In this document: piece by piece, positions 51,727-63,873 of the stretch
Layout: every line of letters starts with the position of its first letter
Position numbering within the stretch: position 1 is the stretch's first letter
NCBI GenBank assembly: GCA_028534125.1
Contig: CM052816.1
Location: 434,001 to 498,000, forward strand
Length of the DNA: 64,000 bases
DNA from: Lama glama
Taxonomy: Eukaryota
Direction of reading: 5' to 3'
Notes under the pieces: generated by a model
What the model was told of the DNA's origin: nothing
The model's input: only the letters and a program-made list of their open reading frames with translations
Databases searched by the model: none
Program-made: the position numbers and the translations under genes

Positions 51727-53302
51727 ACCCACAAGATCGAGAAAGGGTTTCGAACACGTGAATGGTTGTTAACTGCAAATGTATCGCATCTCTGTTCTTG
51801 GTTCCTCGGTTACTGGGAAGCCGCCCACATTTACCCTTCCCCCTAGACGTGTGCGCGCATGTGTATGTGAAAAGAATGCGAGAATGTGCACCTGCTTGTT
51901 AGACCAGGTATGGGGGCGCGGAGACCTGAATAATGCGGATAGCTGAATAATGTGGGAGGTGATCAACGACCCGGTATCCACCCTCCCCTCCGCCCATGGC
52001 TATTAACGCTTCGCTAAGTAGAGTGGGAAGCTTAAGCTCAAATGCGCTTTGGTGTACGGGCAGCGCCATTTCCGAGACTTGGGTGCACGTTTCCAGGTCC
52101 TTCCTGTGTGCGAGTGGCGTTTGCCTGTCGGGGAATGAGGAGGGGAGGGAGGTGTGGGGGGGTGTCATCTACCCGGAGGGACCTCGTGCCGGTCCCCCAC
52201 CCCCGTATTTCTGATGGGTGAGCCCAAAGGTGTACGAAAGGGTGCGGCTTGGTGAAGCCCGGAGTGTTGTCGCGCAGCTCTGGCGGTGGTTTCCTGGCGT
52301 TGCATCCCTGCCTAGACCAGCCATCTTTATCCCAAAGCAATGAACATTTACAGGAAGATGTTTGTACGGCTGGATCCTGCAATAGCAGGATGTTTTAAAC
52401 CGAAAGGGAAATAGAAGCGTGGTGGAACTCAGCCCTCCGTGCGTAGGAGCCGAATGTAATAAGCCGACCCCTGCTGCAGGTAGTTCTAACCCTTGCGGGG
52501 GAGGGGGAGCAATTTAAGAGGAAAATAACCCTTTTCTCAATAAATGTGGCTTACTTCTACTTCAGCCCCATTGTTATTTTTTGTGACGCACTAGTGACGC
52601 AGGATTTCTCCTTTTTCTTGAATTCATAGCATTTATTTGGAAAGTGTCAGGGAGAGCGCTTTGTCCTGAAGAGTCTTCACTCTGGAGAGGACATTGCCTA
52701 CCTTTTTTCTTAACTTAGTTTTTCTTTTTTGTAAGAAGGAGATTGCTAATAATCGCTTCCTTGAGCCGTTTTGAGAGTTATATGTATTGAAAGTCGTGTC
52801 ATTGTCTCAGGCAAGGAATAGACGTTCAGTTAAACGACAACACTCATGTTTTTGTAAATCGTCTCCAAAGGAAGCCAGTTGCATGCCTGGGCGGGCTGGG
52901 CTGGCAGGACCGGGGAGGAAACGTTGCCGCTAAGTGTCCTCAGCCACAGCGGCCAGAACCAGCACCCGCCCCCTACTCCCGCCCCCATTCCTTTTTCTAC
53001 ATGGGATCACTCTAAAAGAATTTCTAAAACCCCATACATTTTAAAATTGACACCAAAAATATTTTTATTGTTAGTTCGAATCGTCGTAAGGATGCAGATC
53101 CCAACATAGGACGTTTTACAAAACAAAACTGATCTCATCAATCTTTTAAATATATCTATTGAAATAGCAATTCGATACCATAATCAATCCATAAATACAG
53201 GATTAAATTCTTTGTTAACACTGAGCTACTTTAGACCATTTCTTTTTCACCCTGAACTCATATTTCCATTCCACTTCTGCCTCAGAATTTCATCCTAATG
53301 CA

Positions 53303-53304
<2 letters not shown>

Positions 53305-53360
<56 letters not shown>
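53305..53360. repeat. (AT)n microsatellite
   Basis: About 28 perfect AT units. Confidence 0.95.
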
Positions 53361-53362
<2 letters not shown>

Positions 53363-53829
53363 CAGTGTTTTATCTACCTTCTTTCTGTATAAAAGTGTAA
53401 ATTGAAATTTAAAAACACTTGTAAGGAACCAAAGTTAGTGTTTAAAAATCATCTGGACAGTACACAATTGTTTAAAACATAAATAAGTTTTGATAGGTAA
53501 TTTTCAAACAAAAAAAAACCTTTAGTGAAACCTGTCTCATTTAATGAGATGAACAGTCGTCTCTCCCTCTTTCCCCCTCGTTACCTTTCTGCCCCAGTTA
53601 GTTCATGCATCCATGGGCATATGGAGTGTTGTCATGGTTACAGTGATAGCACTGTGCAGCATCATTTCTTTTCCTTTGATCTCTTTAATAGGTACGAGCT
53701 CTGAGACAGTATTTACAAAAATTAATACATAGAAATGGAAATTTTGTCATAGCAGTTTTACTCAATTTTTTGCCTTCCTAGTTATAATAAAAAAATTAAA
53801 TGATCTATCATCAAAAGTCCACACCTTAT

Positions 53830-54160
53830 CTAAAAAAAAAAAGACAAATGAACTTATATATAAAACAGAAACAGACTCACAGACATAGAATACAGACTTG
53901 TGGTTGCCAGGGGGTAGGGAGGTGAGAAGGGATAAACTGGGAGTTCAAAATTTGCAGATACTGACAGGTATATATAAAATAGATAAACAAGTTTATACTG
54001 TATAGCACAGGGAAACATATTCAATATCTTGTAGTAGCTCATGGTAAGAAAGAATGTGAAAATGAATATATGTATATTCATATATGACTAAAGTATTGTG
54101 CTGTACACCAGAAATTGACACAACATTGTAAACTGATTATAACTCAAAAAAAAAAAATCC
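53830..54160 (+). mobile_element. L1 3' UTR end
   Basis: AAAACAGAAACAGACTCACAGACATAGAA...TATAGCACAGGGAA...GCTGTACACCAGAAATTGACACAACATTGTAAAC, then poly(A). Confidence 0.85.
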
Positions 54161-54194
54161 ACACCTTGAATCTCAATAGCTATCTGATTCATGT

Positions 54195-54293
54195 GAGATT
54201 TATTTGTTTACTTTTAGAGGAGGTGCTGGGGATTAGAACCCAGGACCTTGTGCATGCTAAGCATGCACTCTACCGCTGAGCTATACCCTGGCC
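54195..54293 (-). mobile_element. tRNA-derived SINE (same family) with 11-bp TSD
   Basis: Reverse complement GGGTATAGCTCAGCGGTAGAGTGCATGCTTAGCATGCACAAGGTCCTGGGTTCTAATCCCC; TSD CTGATTCATGT at 54184 and 54294. Confidence 0.88.
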
Positions 54294-54394
54294 CTGATTC
54301 ATGTTAAATACTACAAAATCTAGTCTTCCACTTTGAAGTAGGGGCCTGCTGACAGAGTCCAAACCCTCAGCTACCTACCAAAGTAGATTGGGAG

Positions 54395-54894
54395 NNNNNN
54401 NNNNNNNNNNNNNNNNNNNNNNNNNNNNNNNNNNNNNNNNNNNNNNNNNNNNNNNNNNNNNNNNNNNNNNNNNNNNNNNNNNNNNNNNNNNNNNNNNNNN
54501 NNNNNNNNNNNNNNNNNNNNNNNNNNNNNNNNNNNNNNNNNNNNNNNNNNNNNNNNNNNNNNNNNNNNNNNNNNNNNNNNNNNNNNNNNNNNNNNNNNNN
54601 NNNNNNNNNNNNNNNNNNNNNNNNNNNNNNNNNNNNNNNNNNNNNNNNNNNNNNNNNNNNNNNNNNNNNNNNNNNNNNNNNNNNNNNNNNNNNNNNNNNN
54701 NNNNNNNNNNNNNNNNNNNNNNNNNNNNNNNNNNNNNNNNNNNNNNNNNNNNNNNNNNNNNNNNNNNNNNNNNNNNNNNNNNNNNNNNNNNNNNNNNNNN
54801 NNNNNNNNNNNNNNNNNNNNNNNNNNNNNNNNNNNNNNNNNNNNNNNNNNNNNNNNNNNNNNNNNNNNNNNNNNNNNNNNNNNNNNNNNNNNNN
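54395..54894. other. Assembly gap (500 N)
   Basis: Run of exactly 500 N, probably a placeholder size. Confidence 1.
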
Positions 54895-55135
54895 GGATAG
54901 ACTGGGATTTCAAAATTGTAGAATAGATAAACAAGATTACACTGTATAGCACAGGGAAATATACACAAAATGTTATGATAAATCACAGAGAAAAAAATGT
55001 GACAATGAGTGTGTACATGTCCATGAATGACTGAAAAATTGTGCTGAACACTGGAATTTGACACAACATTGTAAAATGATTATAAATCAATAATAAATGT
55101 TAAAAAAAAGTGTAAAAAATCGGAAAAAAAAGAAA
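54895..55135 (+). mobile_element. L1 3' UTR end abutting the gap
   Basis: ACTGGGATTTCAAAATTG...GTATAGCACAGGGAAA...GACACAACATTGTAAA...AATAAA, then A-rich tail. Confidence 0.8.
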
Positions 55136-55247
55136 AGCAGTTTAGCTTTATTTCAGGATTTATTCTCCCACCCGCACACTCTAGCTTCTCCATAACCCTC
55201 ACTGAACAGCCACGCAAGGTGGCATGCTTCTTTATGAGCACAGACGT

Positions 55248-55263
55248 GGCTCTGAAAAGAGCC
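55248..55263 (-). terminator. Perfect histone stem-loop of the H2B pseudogene
   Basis: CCCAAA-GGCTCTTTTCAGAGCC-ACG on the minus strand. Confidence 0.92.
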
Positions 55264-55286
55264 TTTGGGTTTGGGGCACAGCGGCC

Positions 55287-55640
55287 TCACTTGAAGCTGG
55301 TGTACTTGGTGATGATACTCGTAACTGGGGGCACGGCAAACTGCTTGCAGGGCAACAGCAGCGCAGCCATCAGTATCGCCTGGGAGGTGATGGCAGAGCA
55401 CTTGCAGTACTGGGGTGGAGGCCTTGCTGGCGCGTGAGCTGGAAAGTGCCCTTGAACGACTTGATGATACTATGACTTTGTAATAGATGCTGGTGTCTGG
55501 GTGAACTTGCTTAAACATCTTATACTCGTAGATGGATTAGCTCTCCTCGTGGCCTCTCTCACGCCTTCTGCCGTCCTAAGCCTCGGTGACAGCCTTCCTG
55601 GACTCCTCTTAGGCTGCGCCTCTGAGGTAGAAGTGGGGCC
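55287..55640 (-). pseudogene. H2BC27P: H2B pseudogene (HIST3H2BA/H2BC27P position)
   Basis: H2B-like segments (KAVTEA*, ES*SIYEYKMFKQVHPDTSI, TKYTSFK*) with stops, frameshifts and no ATG. Tail-to-tail with H2BC26. Confidence 0.88.
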
Positions 55641-57501
55641 GACCGGAAGGCGGGAACCAGTGTTTAGCATCGCAATATTCAAATAAAGGCTCCAAATCCC
55701 TAGAATCGGATTGGACGGCCGACGCCTGTACCTCAAAGAATTTATGTAAATAGCAGATGAGGGCTCTTCTTTCCTATTGGACGATCGCGCAACCAATCCA
55801 AAGGCGCATGTGCCAAGCCCCTGGAGTCAGGTTGAGCATTTTCGTTCAAACACTTTGTTGTAAATGGGCGGGGGCGGGGTGGGGTGGGAGGGAGGTGGGA
55901 AAGGGTCTTTGTCTATGTCTGGACGGGGCAAAAAAATGAAGAAGGTAATAAAAACTTGTTTTAATCCTGCATTTCCATCTTTTCTGGATAGGAGACAAAC
56001 ACAAGAGGACATTTCTTCCTTGGCTAAAGAGCTAGGATGGGAAACTGGTGTTTATTCAGCACAGCGGAATGGCAACTTCGAACTGTCTTAATAATTTATT
56101 TCTTATTATTTTTCCCTCCCCAAAGGCCCAGGATATAATTCCTTTCAGTATTCAAGAGGAGATGCATATGGTTCTTAGGAAGTATAGAAAATCCTACTGA
56201 AACTATATGTAGGTACTTACATTGGAAGCAACGGCGCAGATTTTTAACTTGAAGGAGGAAATGAAAGGGTTTCAAAGGAAACGCTATTCCTTCATAGTGG
56301 TGTTGTTATTAATCCTGGCTAAACATACCACTTTGAAGTGACAGCTATACACAAAGTGTTTGATATGTATGACCTCGAGTAATTTCCTAGTAACTCCAAG
56401 GGTTAAATACTCTTATTGGTCTCTAATTGCCCATCAGAACACAGGTTATGGAACCGCTAGAGGACAACCTGACGTATATTAACATTTTTAAGAGTTTGAG
56501 CAAAAATCTATTCGAGTCGGGCAGCATCCAATCTAGCTGAATAGAAAGGAGCTCCAAGGAACTGTACAAAATGGAAGACTTTTAAGAGTCAGAAGGAACA
56601 GGAGGAAGGAAGACATACTAGGCAGAAAAGAAGGTTGGTTACTCCCAGGTTACCTCCCTATAGGGGATGGCAGAGAAGTATCAGGCAGATTACCTAACCA
56701 GTGCTGATCAGGTGATTGCTGATTAACTGATTTAAGATTCTATTTCTAGGAGAGCTGAAACTGTAACTAAGTCACGTCTTGGTTTGGTGATGTGGGGCTT
56801 AGCATAAAAGACTGTATTTGGGGCCTGTTGTCTTGTTTCTAACTGAGGTCACCAGTCCCCAAATTGAATCCCTATTAAATTAATTCCTATACACACAAGG
56901 TCAAGTTCCCCTATTACAAGAACTTCCAAGATAGAAACAGAAGGACTTATAAATTCGCATTTCTCACTTGTTTCAGCATAGCAATACCTGGGGAGTCCAT
57001 TAGAAATGCAGACTCTTGGGCCTCACTCCAAATGTATTGAGACCGAATCTGCATTTTTAAACACATTCCTAGGCACATCACACTTTTCGAAGCTCTGATC
57101 TGGTGGCCATTTACCTGGCAACTTTAATCATCCAGAGCATTATCGAAATAGTCCAGGAAACTTAATGGCACCCAGAAAAGACGAAGTGGCTCACTGCATT
57201 CGGAGCAGTTAGCAAGATGCTTTTAAGTTACACAAGCACAGGTTGGAAGAAGCTCAAACAGGATATTTTCTGCCCTAAAAGTTTTGGGAATGAAAAAAGT
57301 GGAGGAGAGATGTTGGGGTGTGTGAGGGGGAGGGGCGGCGGGCTGCGACTCCTCAGATAGCCTGTGCTTGGACCCCTACCTGGGACTAATAACTTACCTT
57401 CTCTGTCCCTCTACTTCCTCATCTGTAAAGTGAGGATATCAGTGCCTCCCTAATGACATTGATGCGAGTGAATATGCGTTAGGCAGATGGTATGGTGTGG
57501 G

Positions 57502-57533
<32 letters not shown>

Positions 57534-59197
57534 TATATATAAACTTGTGCTTGTGTGGGTATATATATATATATATATAGTGCTCAAGTCTTGTTGGCTC
57601 CATTTCATCCTTTCCTTCTCAGAACAGACCTAGCCACAGCCAGAGCTGCCTCAGCTGAGCTCCCTCTGTGCCATGGGGAGCTCCGTCACGTAAACATGGA
57701 GCAGGAAACTCTTTCTCACCCACTAGGACACAGACTAAGCTGTAACCTCCAGGAAAAGGGATGTGTCTTTCACTACGAAAACCTCCAGGATGAAACATAG
57801 AGCTTGGCACATAGCTGAGGTTCAACCAGTGTTTGTTGAATGAATAAGCCTGTGAGCCAAGACGGCGCCCTCTACTTGCAAGTCTGTCTTCTGAGGTCCA
57901 TCGGGCCATCTTGAGACTGTGGGTCCCCTGAGCTGCTTTGGACATGCTCAGCATTAACCATTTTCTCCGTTTCCTTAAAATATATTTAGTTGATTTAACA
58001 CACATTTCCAGAGAGCTCATTATGAGCTAGGTAACCACTTAATAAATATTTAATTCAATTTAGTGCTCATAACTTCCCTTCCACATATACACTATTATTA
58101 ACTCCTTTTTGCAGATGGGTAGCAAAAGGCAGAGAAAAAAAACCGCGTGAGACAGCTCACATGGTAGAGTGTTGGCCCTGGAAGTCAGGCCAATGGTGCC
58201 AAGCTCTGCACTAATCACAACCTAGACTTTTTTTTAGTTTTTGGATATTAAATTTCATTTTGAAGAGGAAATAATACTTATGATGTGATGTGCAGAAAAA
58301 AAATATTATCAAAACCAAAATGCATTGCTCTGTGTTTAAGTTTTCAGGGGAAAAGAAAACAAATATTTTAAATTTTCTACTGCAGGAGAATGCTGAAGGT
58401 AGTGCAGATGAAATTTCACTCAATTCCACAATCTCCAATTCAGTTTTTAAAAAATAATCTTTGACTACAAGGCACCTCGATAAAATAGATGAATGCTTGC
58501 TTCTGGATCATTTATTCAAACTATTTGTAACCATCATTATTTTTTTATGCCAGAGACCTAATGACCAATGTATACACATGACTGGTCTCCACCCGCTCTG
58601 CGCCCTGAAATGATCAATATACCAGATGCAGCATATTTTGGTGGTGGTATGTCCCAAACTCCTTCAGTAGCAAAAGAATTTTCCAACACATCTGGCATTG
58701 AAAATCTGTGACTGAGGCCCTTGAGGTCCGGGTAGGATATGATTTGATTATGTTACAGGACCAGTGACATGATTTTCAGGGCCCAGAGCCAAATGAAAAT
58801 GTAGGTGCCTTGCCAAAAAACGATTAAGAATTTCAAGATAGTTGCAGCAAAGCACAGAGTACTTCTCAGGGCTGCGCTTGGACCATGAAGCTGTCCCTGG
58901 GTGGCCCTCGGCCTGCAGGCTGTGCAGAAGGAGGGGTTCCCAGTAGTTTGTACTGTCCACAGTTCCCTCCCCTTGCCCAGTTCCTGCCAGCCCCTGGTGC
59001 TCCCATCAGGTCCTGGTGAGGTTTCTTGGCTTCCTTGTGGCATGAGAAGGCTTGGGGAAAAACCTGGAGTAGAATAGAAAGTGAACATTTCTAGGAAGAG
59101 GCTTGGGTAAGGATTTTTCCATGTAGGAGCTAAGATTTGGGAACTGCTCTGCCCCCACATGCAGGCTGGTCAATGCCAGGAAATCAGAACCAGAATC

Positions 59198-59640
59198 TCA
59201 TGGGCTGAATGTTTGTGTTCCCCTCAAATTCATATGTTGAAAACTCTAATCCCCAATGTGACAGTATTTAGAAAGAACCCATTGTTCTTTGAAAGGAAAT
59301 TAAGGCATGAGAGTGGAGCTCCTGTGAATGGGATTAGTGTGCTTATAAAAGACAGGAAAGAGCTTTCTTCCCCTCTTCCTCCTTCTCTTCTTCTTTTCCT
59401 CCTCCTCCTCACCCTTCTCTTCTCCTCCTTCTCTTACTCCCCCTCCTCCTCATTCTTCTTTCTCTGTTCCAGGTCAAGATACAGAGAGAAGGCGGCCATC
59501 TGCAATCTAGACGAGGGCTCTCACCAGAACCTACCCATGCTGGCACCCTGATCTCGGACTCCCTAGCCTCCAGAACTATGAGAAATAAGTGTCTGTCATT
59601 TAAGCTCCCCAGTCTGTTATAGCAGTCTGAGTGGACAAGG
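59198..59640 (+). mobile_element. MaLR LTR (MLT1A-like)
   Basis: ATGGGCTGAATGTTTGTGTTCCCCTCAAATTCATATGTTGAAA...CCTCCAGAACTATGAGAAATAA. Confidence 0.8.
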
Positions 59641-59712
59641 ACAGTCCTTGGGATCAACAGTAACATTTTGTATTGGCTGATGGGACACTGTAGGGCAAGT
59701 TTGAGGGTTTCC

Positions 59713-59775
59713 AGAAAGAAGGAAGGAAGGAAGGAAGGAAGGAAGGAAGGAAGGAAAGAAAGAAAAGAAAGAAAG

Positions 59776-59826
<51 letters not shown>

Positions 59827-59960
59827 AAAGAAAGAAAGAAACAAAGAAAGAAAGAAGAAGGAAGGAAGGGAGAGGGAGGGAGAGGGAGGGAGGAAGGAAG
59901 GAAAAGAAAGAGAGAGAAAGAAATAAAAGAAAAGATAAAAGAAGAAAGGAAAGAGAGGGA
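59713..59960. repeat. (GGAA)n/(GAAA)n compound purine microsatellite
   Basis: Directly visible. Confidence 0.95.
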
Positions 59961-62099
59961 AGGAGTATGGGTTGGGGGTGAAGAGAATGGCAAAGAAAGA
60001 ACAGAAAAATAAAGAAAAACACAGACACAGGGTCTCCAGCTTAGCCACCAGGGACAGACCATGCTTGGGAATAATAGCCTGGATGGGTAATTTTAAAAGG
60101 GGTTTGGATGATTAAAAAAACAAAAACAAATACCTTTTCTCCCCCTTACTGTCATTTCTAGAGCACAGAGCCTAGATTCCATAAATACATTGAATAAATG
60201 GTTGCATGCATGAAATGAGCTCATTTTATCATCCTGGATCTTTGTGCAGCAGGGATGAAGCCATTCTTTCCTCCTGGGAATGTGCAGTAAGCTCTCTTCT
60301 CACTCAGCCAAGAAGCCAAATCCCTTTAAAATACTCACAAACAAGCATTTCATATAACTGAAACATTGCAATGGCAAACACACAGATTTTGCTTTTCTGT
60401 TTCTCACCCCCCCCCCGCCCTTCCGTCAATAGAATGTTGGTTCTCTCCACATCGGAATTGCTAAAGCAACACTTGTTACCCACACAGCCTGCTGGGAGGG
60501 AGGGAGGGATCTGCTTGGAGGCAGATACAGAAAAGACACCACAAGGGCTCACTGGAGGAGATGTTTAATTCTTTGGGGTTGAGCGCTGCAGGAAGGTGGG
60601 TAGTTGAAATTACAGGAAGTGCTGTGCAGCTTTGCGGAGAAAAGATAAACCTCAGAATGCTGCAGGATTGTGGAGAAGGGAAAGACGGCTTAGGCAGCCT
60701 TTGTCCTTCAGCACAGCTTCCAGCGGACACATTGCAGATAAAAGCCATCCTCCCGCCACCAGCGAGAGATGCCCCTAGTGGCAAGGGGCTGGGGATCCCA
60801 GTCTCCAATACCGCCCTCCGCTGCGCTGACATTAGAGGTCCTGCCCACGCGAGATAGGCAGATGACTGGGTCGCCTCCCGGGGTCGTCTTTTCCAAATGC
60901 CCGTGTTGGCCAAAGCTACTTCTGTGCCCATTTTATTTCAGCAAATTAGAAAAGAGTAGAGCTGCAATCTAATCCCAGAGCCAGGTGTGAATGAAGGACA
61001 GGAGACCACAGCTGCCTAAGTGAGACAGGACTGCGAAACGGAATCTGAGAAGCAGGGCGTACAGTGATGGACACACAGCTTGTGAAATGTGCGTTCCCAT
61101 CTCAGCGCCCACGCAGACACACAGACGCACAGAGGCAGGGCACATCGGCTCCTGAGCTGGACAGTCACTGCCGGACTGTGAGGGCGCAGAAGGCTTCAGA
61201 GGCCAGGCTGACAAAACCCCCAACAGATCAACAAGAGAAAAACAGTTTTTATTAATGTATGTGCTGCACATCACATGGGAGAAATCTCAGTGATGAGTAA
61301 CTCCCGTAAGTACTCATCAGAATAAAACTTAACTTTTACACTGTGGGTTTTTCTTCAAGTCAATACCGGATTAAAAAAAAAAAAACACCCCACAAAACCA
61401 AAAAGCAATTCCTAGGAAGATTTTGCACATACATGGAATAATAGAGTCACTTCTAAATAACTAAAAATTTCATAGCTTTTTTAAAAACCATTAAAAAAAA
61501 ATTTAACACTACCACCAGATTGCTCCTCCCCAAAACTTTTGTCTTTTCTAAAGAAATGCTAACAGATTTCCTGGTCCCAGGCCAGGAGATTAGCAGCTCT
61601 GCGTTTTATCAGGTGTCTTCACTCTGAATCAATGAATTTCCCTGCCTCCGCATTCCTCCGCGCCTGGGATTGCGCCAGGAACAGTGGATTTGAGGCCCGG
61701 GCCCCAGGAAGGACGCAGGCTGCTCATGCGGGTGGCCCACACAGAACGGGTGCCCCCGCACGCCACGCCGGACATGTGCACGCGGGGAGGCCCACGCGGC
61801 CCCAGGCGTGCTGAACGACTCCACTCCCGAAGCGGCAGGCGAGAGGGCCCGCACAGCTGGTTTGCCAGCCCCGTCCCCACCCCCCAACCCCGCGTGGGCG
61901 TTGCGCCACAAGGAGGTGCTTGTAACTCAGGTCCTGGCAGCTTACAAAAAAAAGGATTTAAAATAGACATTTCAAATAAATCTGTTTCCCTCTCGCACAC
62001 GAGTCGTTTATGGGAGGAGTGACAATCCCTGTAAGATTTCAGCGTGCGAAGACGTGGGTCGGCCGGCTGGCACACCACGGCTAGCTGGGCCGGGCTGGG

Positions 62100-62225
62100 G
62101 CGCGTCCAGCGCTGCCAGGAGCCAGGCGGAGGGGAGCGCTCCGCTGCCAGGACACAGGAAGGTGGAGTACACCGCTGCCAGGACCCTGCGCGGTGGAGCG
62201 TACCTCTGCCAGGACCTTGCGCCGG
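62100..62225 (+). repeat. Four-copy ~31-bp degenerate tandem repeat
   Basis: (G/T)CTGCCAGGA at 62111, 62143, 62174 and 62205. Confidence 0.8.
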
Positions 62226-62393
62226 GCGCCCCGCCATCCCGGTCGCCATTCTTGTCCTCTGTCCCAGCTCTGCATTCCCGTCCGCGCGTTCCCATCCCCG
62301 CCTCTCCGCGGTGTCTCCGGCCTCGCCCGCCCGCCCAGCCACCCGTGCGCCCCTGTCCGCGCCCTCCTCGAGGGCCTCGCCGCCGCCGCCGCC

Positions 62394-62783
62394 CTGGCGC
62401 TTCCCGGGGGCCCCGCGGAGGCCGCCTGCGCCCTGTGCCAGCGTGCGCCCCGCGAGCCGGTGCGCGCCGACTGCGGCCATCGCTTCTGCCGGGCGTGCGT
62501 GGTGCGCTTCTGGGCCGAGGAGGACGGGCCCTTCCCGTGTCCCGAGTGCGCCGACGACTGCTGGCAGCGCGCCGTGGAACCCGGCCGCCCGCCGCTCAGC
62601 CGCCGCCTGCTGGCGCTTGAGGAGGCGGCCGCGGCGCCCGCTCGCGACGGCCCGGCCTCGGAGGCGGCGCTGCAGCTGCTGTGCCGCGCGGACGGGGGCC
62701 CGCTCTGCGCCGCTTGCCGCATGGCCGCGGGGCCCGAGCCGCCCGAGTGGGAGCCCCGCTGGAGGAAGGCGCTGCGCGGCAAG
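62394..62783 (+). CDS. RNF187: RNF187 (RACO-1) coding exon 1, CUG start, RING domain
   Basis: gccgccCTGG start; (M)[34 protein letters not shown]...WRKALRGK|gt. No in-frame AUG before the RING. Confidence 0.93.
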
Positions 62784-63780
62784 GTGCGCGCGGGCGGCGC
62801 GCCGTTAGCTGCCCTTCCCCCGGAGGGTGTCCTGTCCCCCTCCCCATTTTCCGAAGGGCGCCCTGAGCCTCATTTCCATCTTCTGGACGGTTCTCCGTCC
62901 CCATCCCTCCCCCCATACCCTGCTTGGTGTCCTGTCCCCTGTCCATCCTGTGTATGGTGCCCACTGCCCTTTTTCCCAACCCTGGATGGTGCCCTGTTCC
63001 CCCATCCCCTATTCCCGGATGTTGCTCTCTCCCCACTCCCCCACCCCCGGAAGGCTTTGCCCTTGGGGGGTGGGGCTGCCACAGGGTGACGTCGTGCGGG
63101 GAGCATGGCAGTGACGCACAGGGGTCTAGATAGGCGGGTGGGGCCCACAGCAGGACTCCGTCTGCAAGTGGCCGGTAGGATAGGGCTGTACGTAACTGGG
63201 AACTCAGAACTGGGACCTGGGACCATGGCGTGGGCATCGGACATCATGGGGTGGTGGGGGATGGGGAAAAAGGACACTGTCCAGGAATGGGGGCCTGTGT
63301 CAGGGGTCGGATGCTGGGGATCCCCTTGGTGGGCAGTGGGGTGTGATGTCCAGGAGCTGTGTTGGGGTTATAGCATGTATCCAGGGGAGTTGGACCCCGC
63401 CTCCTCCTGAAGGGCCCAACCCACCCAGTCAGCTGGGCAGTTCCTGGATATGGTCATGCTCACCCCAAAAGGGCCATTCTCCGTCCCTGTGCTGGGGACA
63501 GTAACACCAGAGACCCCAGGGGACGGCCTTGTGTACAGTTACCCGCTTAGATTCTTAGCATGAGTACTTCTATCAGACTTCCTCCTGGAGAGAACTTAGG
63601 GGGTCACTCAGACCCAATCTGGCGCCTGCAGGGTTCTGAGGTGTCTAGTGGGCCAAGACCATGGGCTGAGGCCTTCTGGACAGTTAGACGGTCAGGGGAC
63701 TCTGATGGTGTGATGCCCCCCTGGTTGGCCCCAGACCTTCAAACGTGGCCACACACCCTGTAACAAGCATGTTTTTCCAG

Positions 63781-63873
63781 GAGAACAAGGGGTCTGTGGA
63801 GATCATGAGGAAAGATCTGAACGATGCTCGGGACCTGCATGGCCAGGCTGAGTCTGCTGCTGCTGTGTGGAAG
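63781..63873 (+). CDS. RNF187: RNF187 coding exon 2 (93 nt), GC donor
   Basis: ttttccag|[37 protein letters not shown]. Gene continues beyond the window. Confidence 0.92.

Larger units (their letters stand above)
61640..62830 (+). promoter_or_regulatory. RNF187: RNF187 CpG island/promoter
   Basis: Very high CpG density upstream of and across exon 1. Confidence 0.8.

Noticed and set aside
54371..55064. ORFs with long X runs
   Set aside because: Artefacts of the 500-N gap.
59409..60062. Long F/L/S-rich and K/E/R-rich ORFs
   Set aside because: Translation of the (GAAA)n/(GGAA)n microsatellite.
61291..61319. 9-bp inverted repeat TGATGAGTA...TACTCATCA
   Set aside because: Short, at the end of an LTR-like fragment; plausible by chance or as a repair junction.
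62100..62225. CRISPR-like repeat-spacer pattern
   Set aside because: Mammalian DNA, a 9-nt core, mutually similar spacers and no cas genes; it is a tandem repeat.
61629..63237. Several 200-280 aa antisense ORFs across the RNF187 island
   Set aside because: Expected from extreme GC content; no domain signal.
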